From assembly GCF_006345805.1 (NCBI RefSeq), contig NC_043012.1, forward strand, positions 15,314,001-15,378,000: a stretch of DNA of 64,000 nucleotides. Reading direction: 5' to 3'. Origin of the DNA: Octopus sinensis. Its lineage: Eukaryota. Both the position numbers and the translations under genes were made by a program. The notes below the pieces were generated by a model. It did no database searches and was not told the DNA's origin. It was given only the letters and a program-made list of their open reading frames with translations. Below, one piece after another: positions 12,601 through 25,690 of the stretch; within the stretch, counting starts at the first letter, position 1, and the number at the start of each line of letters is the position of its first letter.

Positions 12601-15600
12601 GCTCTGCTTTCTCTCTCTCTCTAAATTAGAATGTGTCTGATTTCTAATGTCTTTTAGGCAAAACAAATGATGATTGATCTTGGTCAGTGAACCTTAGTGA
12701 AATAATTCTCAGTTTAGGTGTGACTACATTGTATTAAAAAATCTAAAACTAGAATATACAGGGTGTCCACAAAGTTTGGCTACATGGGGTAAATAAAATC
12801 ATAACATAAATAATTAAATATAAGAAACAATAATTTCTTAAAGTATGTGTTAATCCCCATCTACCCAAACTTTGTGGACACCCTGAATATAAATACATTT
12901 TCAGAACCAACCAAATCTTGTGGCATCAACAGACATTGGAAACATTTTACAATAGTATATAGTCAAGAATTTTCCTTCATAATTACAAGGTCCTGGGTCT
13001 GATCCTAAAGTATGCTATCTTGGGCAAATGTCTTTTGCTATGGCCTCAAGCCTCACTAGTGAAATCATTGAGATGGAAAATATATGGAAGCCTGTTGGAG
13101 GGACTCTAGCAATAATTTAAAGGTCTTGCTATATCACATTGATTTCTCCTGATAACTAGATTAGGGGTATCTTTGCCTGTGGTATACTCAGTCACTTGAC
13201 ATGCTAATTCAATAAGCAGGTAGAAATCAATTACTCATCACTTATTGATAGTTAATGCCATTGACATCGTATGACAACTTGACGGAGTGAGTAGTCATTG
13301 ACAACAAACTGATTAGTTTACTTTGAGTTTAAGTAAACCACGGAGAACAAGCAAACTTTTTAAACAAATAACTAGGATTTTAAATATCAGCAATATTTGA
13401 AAATGCAGAATGAAAGCCTTAGGAAATAAATCAATTTACTCACCACGGCTAAATTAAACCAAGCCAATGCTAACTGGGTCAAAATACTATCTTCATCAGC
13501 GTCTTGCATTTTCTTCAGCTCTTTTCTGAAATGAAGATCAAATCCTCTCATTTTTGTCAAAGAAAGAAAAAACAAAAAAGCAATCAATATAGGTTAAAAC
13601 TTGTCTAGCCCATTAGCATTTAAGCTGGCCATATCAGGTGAAAATGTTCCACCTGTTTTATGTTCAAACTAAGCAGATCTGGCCTCTCACACCTAACCAA
13701 CAATGTCATTGTCAAAATAATCACATCACTGAAATCTTGAAGCTACAAGATAATGCATTCAAAACAATGTGAATAAATAAGCATTACATTTGACAGAGAA
13801 GTAATCTGAATGCTGAAGGGTGGGAGTAGTCCTTAGGTGTCTGGATTATAAGTAATAATATATTATCTAGCATAACACTATGTTTAACTATACAAGTTGC
13901 TTCAAGTGGAAAATGCTACAAATCTTCTGCTCAGTTTGCTGTAGATTATTTTGTAGATAGAAGACACTACAGATATGTAAATGTATATTTGTAAGAGGAA
14001 GACTGAAAATTGTAAGAACTAAACACTAAAGATTTTGAAATTTGTTTCTCACCAACTAGAAACGCATTTCTAAATTTAGATTTTTATCAGTGCCTCTTTG
14101 TAATCGACAAAAGCCTTCCTTAATTTGTTAATTATTTCCTTAATTATTTATTAAATTTAAAAAATGCTTTTTTTTCCCAATTTGTATAGTTTTTTTGTCC
14201 ACTTTTCTTTCTTTTTAGAAATCTGTGACAAAACACTTGCATCAAAACAACATTAAACTGTCACATTATTGCATTTTAATTAGATTGTTTATAATATAAT
14301 GCAAAATTATATAATAATTTTACATTTATCATAAGAGATGCAAAAAACAAGTGGGATTCTATGTTCCCTGGAATAGTGGTAGATTAACTAAAATTGAATG
14401 TAAAGAACGGAATTTAATCCTTCAGATCCGGATTGGGAAACTGAACTCTTCTTTTCTTCATTATATTTAATTTCCCATAATAGCTTGGCAACAAAACTAG
14501 CTGCACCGTTCAGTCCTCTTCTTTTATTACTTAGTCTGAGAAAGAGGAGGAGGAGGAACAGGACAGTATTCTAAGGCTTTTAGAAAAAATATTGGATAAT
14601 TACAGGTGCAGGCTTGGTTGTGAGGTAAGAAGTTTGCTTCCCAGTTAATTCAAATTATAAACTTACTTGAATTACATTCCTTCGGTATTGTTACGTCATC
14701 CCATAAATAATGCGGTTTTTTTTCAATTGCATGAATTAAAAGTTAGAGGGAGCCGGGATAAACTACCTACATCAACTTGCTATAAAAGCAGGTAGTAATT
14801 TTAACTTGGTCTTATTCTTAGTGCATGTTTTGAAGAGTGCAGTTCGATTTTAACAGTTATTTTTTTCAAAGCTATGATGGAAGTGATGAAGGAGCATATT
14901 TGGCATATTTTGCTTTATGAGTTCAATAAAAGCGACAACATCACAGAAAGTGCAAGGAATATTAGTGCAGTATATGAGGATTGGACAATAAGCGTAAACC
15001 AGTGTCAACAGTGATTTCAGAAATTCCAAACCGGAAACTACAGCCTAGAAGACGAGCCTTGTCCTGGAAGATCTGTAGAGCTCGATGAGGACATCCTGCA
15101 AAGCCTGGTGGAAGAAAATCTCATTGTAACTGTTGTGGAACTCGCAGAGAAGCTTGGATTTGGTCATTCAACCATTCATTCAAGTCAGTGCTAGGAGAAA
15201 AACGACCACCTTTGGTTTCAAGATGAAAGGTATCCTTCCATCGAGATAATGCTCGGCCACATACAGTGAGGATGACATTCCCAAGGCTGGAGCAGTTTAA
15301 ATGGGAAATGATGCCCCACCCCACCATATTCGCCAGACACTGCCCCATTTGATTATCATTTATTCCGCAGTTTGGATTAAAAGAGAACTTTGTTTATCTT
15401 AACTTTGAAAAGTAAATTCATTTATGGGATGACCCAACCTCTATGACAGCATATTGTCAAATTTTCAACAAACAGTAATCAAAATATACAAACATATTAA
15501 ATACACTAAATTATAAGGTTGTCCCAAAAGTTCGTAGAAAGTCTTGGAAAATAATGGTCTTTATTTTGAGGAATAATTTTTGTTGTTTTTGTTAGTACTT

Positions 15601-18600
15601 GGCGAGTAAAAATTCAATTTTCGCAAGTGTTTACAAACTTTTGGGACAACCTAATATTAGATAAATTGAAGGTAAAATTGAAGACTTACTTTGCAAGATC
15701 AACTCTATCAAGTCGCAATAACAGCTGAACAGACAAAGCAATGCTAGAAATAGATACACAAAGTAAAGAAATCGAAATAATTCAAACAATCATGTGAAGA
15801 CAGGCTCACTTTCAGTCACAAATGATCTGATACTCTAAGGTTATTCTATGAGAATAGATACTTAGGAAATTTCCATTTGCACATTCTGGGACAAAAACGT
15901 ATTGCTGCTTTACTTACATGTGTAGGGGTTACAGTTATATATTTTCTGATAGTTTTTATATAATAAACATTTAAGTAGATGGTATGAAAACTAGACAAAC
16001 AGGTCTCTCCTCAAGTTACGGTGATAAAAAAAAAGTATGAGAAATAAAATGGTAATAAATGGTGACTGGTTTTTAGAATTCAAAATCAAAGGCACCTCTT
16101 TCTCTCCCTCTATCATATTTTAGCTTTGCATTATCTGTATATATATAAAGCAGGATGTGTGTGTGTGTGTGTGTGTATATGTGATTGCAATTTATGCACG
16201 TCCACAAATTAGCATGCATGTCGCTCCAATTTTAGGAGGACATTCGTCAACATCATTTCTGGGTTTTGTCAACTTATTTTTTTCCCGAGGCACCCGCGGA
16301 TACAGGTAAAAATCTATTTTCAGACATAGCTTTTACTTATTTTGAAGGTTGCTAACATGGCCGGGTTATACTGCTAGTCTAGCATAAAGCTTCCTTTGAT
16401 GCTACACTCAACTCAGTTGAGTGGAGGACTTGTGAGTTATTTGGCAACCTCACTAGTGCCATGTAAAAAGCACCAATAGACTTTGTAAAGTGGTTTGTAT
16501 TAAGCAGAGCATCCAGCTGTAGAAACTATGTCAAAGCAGACACTGGAGTTTAGTGCAGTCCTTTGGTTCACCAGGTCCTGTTGAACAGTTCAACCCACAC
16601 CAGGAAAGAAAACAGACAGTAAATAAAGATGATGATGATGGTAAATTTTATTATAGTAAGATCAGAACTAGGTTACAATTAATAGATATTTAGAAGATAT
16701 TAGATATGCTAGGTTAAGTCTTTGTTTTTGTAGAAGTTAAAACATTAGAACATTCTTCTTTAAAAATATCTTTATGAACATCTTTATAGTAAATGAGCAA
16801 AACGCCCCCCCCCCCCCCGTCCAATGGATGGTGCTGAGTTGTCAAACATTTAAACCAAATTTTCTCAAAACAACTTGTCTGACTGTCCCATAGGCCTCCC
16901 CTTTGAGAAACATTGATTTAACCTAAATTTGAGACACCAAACAGGCCAGGTTTTTTTGCGCAATCTGCACGTGCATTTTTCTCGTGTACGTGTAGTATCG
17001 ATCGCAACAGCTGATGTACTTGCACGTTCCCACGGCTTTATCGATCGCATTCTCACCTGGAATCGATTTTTGTAGTTTTTTCAAGACTTATACATGCCCT
17101 GAAACCATCGGTATCTACATATCAAATTTGAGTGCAATCGGATGGAGGATACCCGAGATCCTAGAAGACAGACAGACAACGGATTTTATATAATAGATGA
17201 CCTTTCTCTGTAAACTTTAGACATATAAAATCAATGTTTCAACAATGAAAAGAAACTTCTATCCCAGAAATGCTGAAGATATAATGTTAAAAAAACAAAA
17301 AAAAAAACTAGTTCCTATTCACTCATACAATTACTTCTGATTCTGCTGGTATTTTTACAGCTGAATGCTATTTTGCTACCCACACAAAAGAAAGCTACCA
17401 GTTTTCATCAAAATGGCTTGGGGAACTGAGTTAATGTAGCCATATTACATATTTACACCTAAATAGACTCTGCCAGCAAGTGCTTTGGCTATAGACATAG
17501 ACTCTGCCAGCAAGTGCTTTGGCTATAGACATAGACTCTGCCAGCAAGTGCTTTGGCTATAGACATAGACTCTGCCAGCAAGTGCTTTCGCTATAGACAT
17601 AGACTCTGCTAGCAAGTGCTTTGGCTATAGACAAAGACTCTGCCAGCAAGTGCTTTGGCTATAGACATAGACTCTGCCAGCAAGTGCTTTCGCTATAGAC
17701 ATAGACTCTGCCAGCAAGTGCTTTCGCTATAGACATAGACTCTGCCAGCAAGTGCTTTGGCTATAGACATAGACTCTGCCAGCAAGTGCTTTCGCTATAG
17801 ACATAGACTCTGCCAGCAAGTGCTTTCGCTATAGACATAGACTCTGCCAGCAAGTGCTTTCGCTATAGACATAGACTCTGCCAGCAAGTGCTTTCGCTAT
17901 AGACATAGACTCTGCCAGCAAGTGCTTTCGCTATAGACATAGACTCTGCTAGCAAGTGCTTTCGCTATAGACATAGACTCTGCCAGCAAGTGCTTTCGCT
18001 ATAGACATAGACTCTGCCAGCAAGTGCTTTCGCTATAGACGTAGACTCTGCCAGCAAGTGCTTTCGCTATAGACATAGACTCTGCCAGCAAGTGCTTTCG
18101 CTATAGACATAGAGCAGTTCTTGTAAAAGAAATCTTCAATCCTTTGGATGGTGATCTGATTTCTTAACTTAGCCAAATGTGATTCAATGATAAAAATGCT
18201 TTTGATCGAAGACACTTACCATTCCAGGGAATCAGATTGGTGCAATACCCTCAATGCAGCATCATAATTCTAAAAATAGTAACATAAAATTATATTAGTT
18301 CTTTGTTTCGTAGAGCAATTATTTCTATAAATATGGCAACCTTCCTATTGCCAATAACTGAAAGAATGAACTTGGTATAGCGTGGAACAGATTTTAGCAT
18401 AACATGACTTGAGTTAAGCAGATGAATGTGCTTGTTGAGTCAGAAAGAGAGCCAAATCTTCTTCAACAAACTTTGTATTGCCTTTTAAATGAAGGCAACA
18501 TATTCATGTCCCAAACCTGAGGATATTTCACTTTATGATAAAGATGAGACGGTCACAGCCAGAACACTATCAAAACAAAGTTTACTCCTTTAGCATTTAA

Positions 18601-21600
18601 CCATCCATATCTGGCCAAAATATTCTGTCTGCTTTACATTCAAACAGGCCTGATCTGGCCCATCATACCTACCCTACAATTCTAAAAGTAAACTACCACA
18701 TCAATCGAAATTTTGAAGCTGTGAGATAATACATGATTAATTCAAAGCAATGTGAATAGACAAGCATCCCATTTAACAGAATAATCTGAATGCTAAAGGG
18801 TTGACCTTCATTTACACACTGAACAACTGATATTAGCTATTTTTTTTTAGACAGCTGGACTAATGAGTTATTACTAATTGCTAGATTGGTGTCATGCATA
18901 ACTGATTGATGCTAATTAACAATAATCCAATAACAATGACAAAATTTGGTATTTAATATATGGTGGCACGTAAAAAGCACCATCCGTCCGTGGCCGTTTG
19001 CCAGCCCCGTCTGGCACCTGTGCGGGTGGCACGTAAAAAGCACCCACTACACTCACGGAGTGGTTGGCGTTAGGAAGGGCATCCAGCCGTAGAAACACTG
19101 CCAGATCAGACTGGGCCTGGTGCAGCCTTCTGGCTTCCCAGACCCCAGTTGAACCGTCCAACCCATGCTAGCATGGAAAGCGGACACTAAATGATGATGA
19201 TGATAAAATATGTTTGGCTAACTTAGTTAAAACATATTCACAATATCATTTTTAAGAACGTGCATTTCAATGTCCATAATGTATGAACAAAAATGAAAGA
19301 AGCAGGTGAAATATTTGAAATGACTTTTCCTGATATGTTCCGTCCATACTAGAATGCATTCGCTGGTCCCGTGAATGATATTTATAATGAATTACTAGAG
19401 CAATTATTTTCAAACTGGAATCATTACTCAATCAACAAGTGGAACTGATATCTACTTTGTGATTCCATAAGCTGAAGTAATTCACTTGTTTAACGCTTTT
19501 GTTACCAGATAACACCTTTGTTTCATTTAATTTTTAAAGATATGAAAAACGACAAATTTATTTACTTTGTCATTTAAGCTGGCATTTAGAATATAAATCA
19601 ACACGGAATTTTAATGGAAGATCGTAACTTTAAAACAGGCTGTTTATATCAGAGTGAAGGGCAGACTCAGGCAAGCTTGCATCAAAAGGATTAAACAAAT
19701 CATCATTTAACGTCCATTGTCCATGCTGGCATGGATTAGATGGTGTGACCAGAACTGGCAAGCTGTTGGGCTGCACCAGAATCCAGTCTGATTTAACATG
19801 GTTTCTATGGCTGGACGAAGCCCTTTCTAACATGCCAACCTCTTTACAGAGTGTGAAGGATGCTTTTACATGGCACTGCACAAGTGCTTTTATGTGGCAC
19901 CACACGGGTGCTTTTCCATGGTACCACATGGGTACTTTTACATTACGTAGCACTGCACGGCACTTTTATGTGATGCTGCATGGACGCTTTTATGTGGTAT
20001 TGCACAGGCCCTTCATGTGGCACTGCCAAGAGTGTTTTACACTCGGTCTTAATACTTTTGCTGAAAAAAAAAAGATTCGAGCGAGGTCGGAGTGGTTGGC
20101 ATTAGGAAGGGCATCTAGCTGTAGAAACTCTGCCAGATCAAGATTGGAGCCTGGTGCAGCCATCTGGTTCGCCAGCCCTCAGTCAAAATCGTCCAACCCA
20201 TGCTAGCATGGAAAGCGGACATTAAACGATGATAGAATCATAAATGTGGTAGAATTCAGAAATAAACGAGTTATGATCCTTGATGATGATGATGGGAGAA
20301 GTATCACAGATATCGTCATAATACAGGATTGGTGAGGTATCTAATACTGCTAATGCAAGCAAGGAAATGCAGTCATTTAGAGTGATATTAATAGCTAGTG
20401 CACCACCACTTCCAAGACACACATATCTATCTGGTATCAAAACCTTACTATTACATTTGATTTATCTAGCTGCATCAACTGGCAACATCAGAATTAAGGA
20501 GTACAGCTACATCTACAAAGCCATCTTATTTTTGTCAATAGAAGAAAATAAATGTAAAACTAAATTAACAATAAAAAAAGGATATATTCATGGTTTTATT
20601 GTCTTTTATCTTTTACTTGTTTTAGTCATTGGACTGTGACCATGCTGGGGCACTTGTCTTGAAGGAGTTAAATAAACTGACCCCCAGTAGTTATTTATTT
20701 TAAAACCTGATACTTACTTAACCAGTCTTTTTGGCTAAACTGCTAACTTACAGGGACATAAATCAATACTGGTTGTAAGTGGGGTGGGGGACAAACAAAG
20801 ACACACCTGGATATGTATACACACACACACATATACAACAGGTATTTAGTTTCACAGATACAAAGATACACACACGACAGTTTCAATCAACCAAATTTAC
20901 TCACAGTGCACTGGTCAGCCTGGGGTTATAGTAGAAGATACTTGCCCAAGATGCTACACAGAGGGACTAAATCCAGAACCACGTGGTTGGGTAGCAAACT
21001 CCTTACCACACAGACTACGTACACTGCATCCCTGTGCTTCATGAGCAGCAGCTAAAAGAGTTGACCACAAGAAGAGCTGCCTCCGGAAAACTGCTCAACT
21101 CGGGCCTATAGGAAAAAGCAGACATATAATGCAAATCACGATGATGTATTTAAGATCAAAAGTGAATGGTAAGCTTACCAATTCATTGAAATAAATAGAA
21201 GCAGCCATCAGCAGAAATGTGCTGTTGCTGATGTCCACGTTGCCACTCATCTTGGTATCCAGCTCATGAAGAATGGCATCTCTGAAAGTAAAAACAAACA
21301 TATTGTTTTCAAGTTTGATTACTTTGATATGAAACTTAACAAAGTAACATCATTTACCCTGATTAAATACAAGCATCCCACCTATTATGACAGCATTGAA
21401 TGATAAGGTTGATGTTAGTGAACACTGTAGTTTGTTACATATTTTTATTTTTTAAAATTCCCTCACTTAACACATGTGCTTTAATGCAATTAATTATCAC
21501 CTGCTCAATCGAAACATTTGTTTATAAAATATGGACAATGATAGATATCATCATCATCATTTAATGTCTGCTTTCCATGCTAGCATGGGTTGGATGATTT

Positions 21601-24600
21601 GACTGAGGTTTGGCGAACCAGACTCCAATCTGATCTGGCAGAGTTTCTACAGCTGGATGCCCTTCCTAATGCCAACCGAGAGTGTAGTGGGTGCTTTTAT
21701 GTGCCACCAACACGAGGGTCAGTTTGGTGGTACTGGCAATGGCCACGCCCAAATGGTGCTTTTTATGTGCCACCCGCACAGGAGCCAGTCCAGCAGCACT
21801 GACAACAACCTTGCTTGAATGTTTCATGTCACACCAGCATAAGTGCTAATAAGGCGACACATAAAAAGCACCATTTGGGCATGGCTGTTGCCAGTACCAC
21901 CAAACTGGCCCTCAAAAATGAAAAGGATTATTCAAATAAAAAAAATAAACATGTACTGCATGTAGGAGGTGTCAGCCTCCACAATAACTACATTGAAGCC
22001 AATTCAATAATAGGTGCACAAGAAGGAATGCACTTCCTAATACCTTGAATGAAACTGACTCAAAATGATGCCAACCTTCATTTCATTTTGGAACAAGTTC
22101 ATCTTCCCCTCTAAGGATGTTCTACTCTCTAACAATACATGAGGCACAGGGCCATACAGTTAATAAAATTGCAACTAATCAACATTTAATCAATATACAT
22201 AAGTTTTATCTTTTTAATTCATCTTTTTATTTCCTTAAACTATAAATCACATCATATCTGTCAAGCGTATTACAAGGAGGTAAATAAGCTTCAACATTCA
22301 ATGACAGGATCATCATCATCATCAACTCCTTTCTTCTGTTCAATATACTAACAATTTTTTCAAAGGTGCTGACTGTGGAATTTCCAAAATTCAATTCTAA
22401 AAGAATATTTCAAATCAACTTTAAGATTGAAAATAATGACAAATTACAAATAAGTATTTCTAAGCTATTTCTATATTTTGCTTGTAGTGACCTTTTCAGC
22501 ATTTCTGTTTTAAGAAGAATATCATCAACAGATGAGTTACCGTTTGTTTTCATTTGCTAAATAGTCTGCCAACATTTTCACAGCTTGAAGTTCAGGACCA
22601 TAAGTAGAATTCACTTCATCAAGTACAACTCCATATTTTCTCTGAGCAATAAATGCCCTGTACATTATTACATCTCTTTGGGTTTTCAAATCTGGGTTGT
22701 TTAGCTAAAAAAACAAAAAAATAGTGAAAAGTGTGTTGACACAAATTCTAATAAAGTAAAAAAAAAAAAGTTTTACTACAGCAAATATACGATATATATT
22801 CATGTACAACACTGCATAGTCTATTGTAAATATTTCGGAAACATTTTTTCACGCTGAGAGTTGCTGAAGCATGGAACAAACTGCCGGCATCAGTTGTTAG
22901 TTGTCAGAGCACTGCATCCTTCAAAACTTCCATGCTTCCTGAGATTCGCCACCACTATACCTGATTTTCTCCCCTCCATACACAAGCATGTATCTGACTC
23001 ATGCATTGTTCGCTTTCCAGACATTTGTACATTACTGCATATGCTTTATACGCACTTTTGACAAGTTGTGGTGCACCTGAGCACTGCATACAATAATTTC
23101 ATTATTATTTATTAAAAAACATTTTGATCAGCGGATTGATTTTGAGTTATCTCCCTTGTCTCTTGTAGTTTTGGCTTTTAAATATCCTACGCGTATTATT
23201 TATATGTAGAGTACAGAACGGCCCACTGATGTATTTACCCTGAAATTTTGTTGATAAACGGTAAAGGTGATGGTGCACGACCACTACCATCATTACTGAT
23301 CAACAAAGTTAATGAACGAAAGAAACATTCTGGTTAACGAGCTTACCTCTCCCAAGGGGAAACTATTCAATACAAGGAAATATCAACATTAATATTTATG
23401 AATTTACTGCACATTAATAAAAGTACTAGATTTCTCATAAAATAGCAGCCTGGATTTTGAATCCAGCGACCCAAGTTCGCGTCTCGGTGGAACCTAGAAA
23501 GTTGACTTTTTTTTTTATAGCTGCAGGCGTGGCTGTGGGTAAGAGATTTGCTTCCCATTCACATAGTTTCGGGTTCAGTTACACTACGTAGCATCTTGGG
23601 TGTCTTCTACTATAGCTTCGGATCGACCTAAGCCGTGCGAGTGGATTTGGTAGATGGAAATTAAAAGAAACCCGATGTATACCCGTAACTTAGCGGTTCG
23701 GAAAAAAGAAACCAACAGAATAGGTACCAAACTTTAAAAAAAAAAGTTCTGGAACCGATTTGCTCGACTAAACTCTTTAAGGTGCCCCAGCATGGCCGTA
23801 GTCCCATAAACAAAGCAAGTAAAAGATTTATACTAAAGATAATAAATAAGCAAAAAGAAAAAGAAGAGGGGAAAATGATTTTGCCCACAAAAATTTAAGT
23901 AGCACGTATGAAGTGGATTTTATTGACAACAACCGGTGTTCAAATTGTGTCAGTCATTTTCCCAGTAAAAACAGTAAAAAATAAATTCAAATGGAAATTT
24001 TCATAGAAAAAGCAAAGAATTTCTAAAATGTCTGTTTGTTCAATCCTATTCACGAGGTAGAATAATTCGTTTCTATTTCGAGACCAAGTTCAGTTGTTTT
24101 GCAACTTCGTAAAGGGAAATATAACTTTATTCATGACAAACCAGGTTAGTCAATAATACTGCTTAAGGCAAGTGATGTATATTAGAGGAAATTTTGTAAT
24201 TTAGACAACAATTGCAGCGTGGAAGGTGTTTATAAGCCATTTAAGAAACACACAAAAACCGTTCGATTCACTGACAAAACTTCAGTGAATCAAACGGTTT
24301 TTGTGTGTTTCTTAAATGGCTTATAAACACCTTCCACGCTGCAATTGTTTTCGTTCCAGCACACGATCTCAGATCAAGTCACTTGCTATGCAAGTACATC
24401 TTGTAAATTTGTAATTTAGGTTTTCTCAAAATGAGATTAGCAACCTAAGAGAAAAAGAATTAAAGATTCTTGAAGTCAAGTCAACTGGAAGGAGACCTAT
24501 TTCTTTACTACCCACAAGGGGCTAAACACAGAGAGGACAAACAAGGACAGACAAACGGATTAAGTCGATTACATCGACCCCAGTGGAGGAAAGACCCCGA

Positions 24601-25100
24601 AAGGAGGAAAGGCAAAGTCGACCTCGGCGGAATTTGAACTCAGAACGTAGCGGCAGACGAAATACCGCTTGGCATTTCGCCCGGTGCGCTAACCACTCTG
24701 CCATCTCGCCGCCTTTTGGCAGGAAACCTGAGAGTAAGAGGAACAACAATTGGAAAGTCTAATGACAGTTGTTCTGAGAGGAAAGTATCCCGTGGACTCT
24801 ACCTTCTTGATCCTCCCAGGAATAACGGAAAGAGAGACACATGGATGTAAGGATCAACATTTGGGTGTAAATTCAAGAGTAAAACGTCAAAATAGAAATC
24901 AAAAGCGATTTATATTTTGAGGTGGTTCTTTACGCAAATCATAAAAACACAAAAGATATACCAATTATATCTAATAAAAGTAAAGGAAAATTACGAGTAC
25001 ACACCCTCATTTTGTGAGCTTCGTTGATACATTGTTGGTAATTTCCGATACAGAAAGAAGTCCGGATTTCAAAAAGTTCGTCTACAGTGTCGTTCGCCAT
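8438..25100 (-). CDS. COPE: Coatomer subunit epsilon (epsilon-COP), 10 coding exons, 300 aa
   Basis: Exons 25100-25005, 22704-22541, 21281-21179, 18269-18220, 15743-15690, 13525-13444, 12510-12355, 10673-10605, 9262-9188, 8491-8438 total 903 nt, all GT-AG and in phase. The protein ([28 protein letters not shown]...[10 protein letters not shown]...[27 protein letters not shown]...LLNGQAAC...[17 protein letters not shown]) is collinear with vertebrate COPE as I recall it. Confidence 0.97.
9188..9262 (-). CDS. COPE: COPE exon 9
   Basis: [25 protein letters not shown]. Confidence 0.93.
9639..9856 (+). mobile_element. tRNA-derived SINE (family B) with 12-bp target-site duplication
   Basis: GGTGGCGAGCTGGCAGAA...GAGTTCAAATTCC...GCCTTTTATCCTTTCGGGGTC; AGTTTATAAAAG at 9628-9639 and 9855-9866. 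Confidence 0.85.
10605..10673 (-). CDS. COPE: COPE exon 8
   Basis: [23 protein letters not shown]. Confidence 0.95.
10772..11188 (+). mobile_element. Non-autonomous RTE-tailed retroposon (family C, (GAT)n tail)
   Basis: Repeated GTGCCGGTGGCACGTAAAAAGCACC modules and tail CCGTCCAACCCATGCTAGCATGGAAAG...(GAT)n; relatives at about 10244-10362, 11385-11908, 16390-16640, 18961-19203, 19700-20235, 21548-21910, 55128-55370, 58830-59160. Confidence 0.8.
12355..12510 (-). CDS. COPE: COPE exon 7
   Basis: [52 protein letters not shown]. Confidence 0.95.
12759..12885. mobile_element. Tc1/mariner-type MITE
   Basis: TIRs CAGGGTGTCCACAAAGTTTGG / CCAAACTTTGTGGACACCCTG, TA on the left side. Confidence 0.75.
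13444..13525 (-). CDS. COPE: COPE exon 6
   Basis: [27 protein letters not shown]. Confidence 0.95.
14690..15437 (+). mobile_element. Degenerate, internally deleted mariner
   Basis: TIRs GTCATCCCATAAAT / ATTTATGGGATGAC; remnants [27 protein letters not shown]. Confidence 0.8.
15514..15654. mobile_element. Mariner-type MITE
   Basis: TIRs AGGTTGTCCCAAAAGTT / AACTTTTGGGACAACCT. Confidence 0.7.
15690..15743 (-). CDS. COPE: COPE exon 5
   Basis: [17 protein letters not shown]. Confidence 0.93.
16134..16377 (+). mobile_element. Non-autonomous Helitron-like element
   Basis: A|TC start, CTAG|T end, (GT)n near the 5' end; related copy on the - strand at about 55516-55771. Confidence 0.6.
16800..17198 (-). 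mobile_element. Helitron-like non-autonomous element, 5' part
   Basis: Minus strand begins ATCTATTATATAAAATCCGTTGTCTGTCTGTC...CCGATTGCACTCAAATTTG, a typical non-autonomous Helitron head. Confidence 0.5.
17463..18108. repeat. 34-bp minisatellite, 19 copies, in COPE intron 4
   Basis: Unit ATAGACTCTGCCAGCAAGTGCTTT(G/C)GCTATAGAC; 646 bp = 19 x 34. Confidence 0.95.
18220..18269 (-). CDS. COPE: COPE exon 4
   Basis: [16 protein letters not shown]. Confidence 0.93.
18583..18803. mobile_element. piggyBac-like MITE family
   Basis: Ends CCTTTAGCATT / AATGCTAAAGGG; the copy at 8940 begins TTAACCCTTTAGCATT; other copies at about 13605-13822 and 52955-53135. Confidence 0.55.
21179..21281 (-). CDS. COPE: COPE exon 3
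   Basis: [34 protein letters not shown]. Confidence 0.95.
22541..22704 (-). CDS. COPE: COPE exon 2
   Basis: [54 protein letters not shown]. Confidence 0.95.
24205..24407. mobile_element. Penelope-type terminal-repeat fragment forming a 68-bp-arm hairpin, with 12-bp TSD
   Basis: Arms 24207-24274 and 24282-24349; TTTGTAATTTAG at 24193-24204 and 24408-24419; same family as 45022-45190. Confidence 0.65.
24498..24713 (-). mobile_element. SINE family B copy
   Basis: Reverse complement of the 9639/60857 family. Confidence 0.85.
25005..25100 (-). CDS. COPE: COPE exon 1
   Basis: [34 protein letters not shown] donor. Confidence 0.93.
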
Positions 25101-25115
25101 GATGCTAACAGCGAG

Positions 25116-25127
25116 TGCGCATGCTCA
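25116..25127. promoter_or_regulatory. NRF1-like motif immediately upstream of the COPE ATG
   Basis: TGCGCATGCTCA, one mismatch from the palindrome TGCGCATGCGCA, 15 nt upstream of the start codon. Confidence 0.35.
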
Positions 25128-25690
25128 GCCACGTAACATGTAGGAAACGTGTCTAGGAAGAAAAAAGGAAAGGAGCAGCATGTAGGGGAGGTAAACACTT
25201 CAATATATATATACACAATATTTGAAGACGGAGTTACTGCCCATTAATCAGCCTTTGAAGATCAGAAACTAAGGAGGGCGTTTGAACATTGCCAAATATT
25301 TAACACTTATAAAGATATAAACACACACACATACACACACACACACACACTGTAAAGATTTATGAAAACTTTCCAGAAATTTAGCATTTGAGTATATATG
25401 CGCATGTCTAGACATGCAACCACATGCATGAGAATACATACATGATACAAAGCTACACATGCACAAACTCCAAATACTTCACGCATACACACATATATAC
25501 ACAAATACCCCGTTGATGTTTAATTTAAATTCCAATGAAGGAATCTTGGATCTAGGTTAGAAACCGCTCTTTCTCTATTGGTAAGAAATTTTGAAATAAA
25601 ATTGAATAATATACATACGCACATGCATACATACATACATACATACATACATACATACATACATACATACATACATACATACATACATAC

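Noticed and set aside
17463-18108. CRISPR-like appearance of the 34-bp array (also the 23-bp array at 40767)
   Set aside because: Units are head-to-tail with no unique spacers, no cas genes, eukaryotic context
25525-25585. Hammerhead-like ATGAAGG...GAAACCG motif
   Set aside because: Core and stem III do not fit in this copy; too degenerate to support
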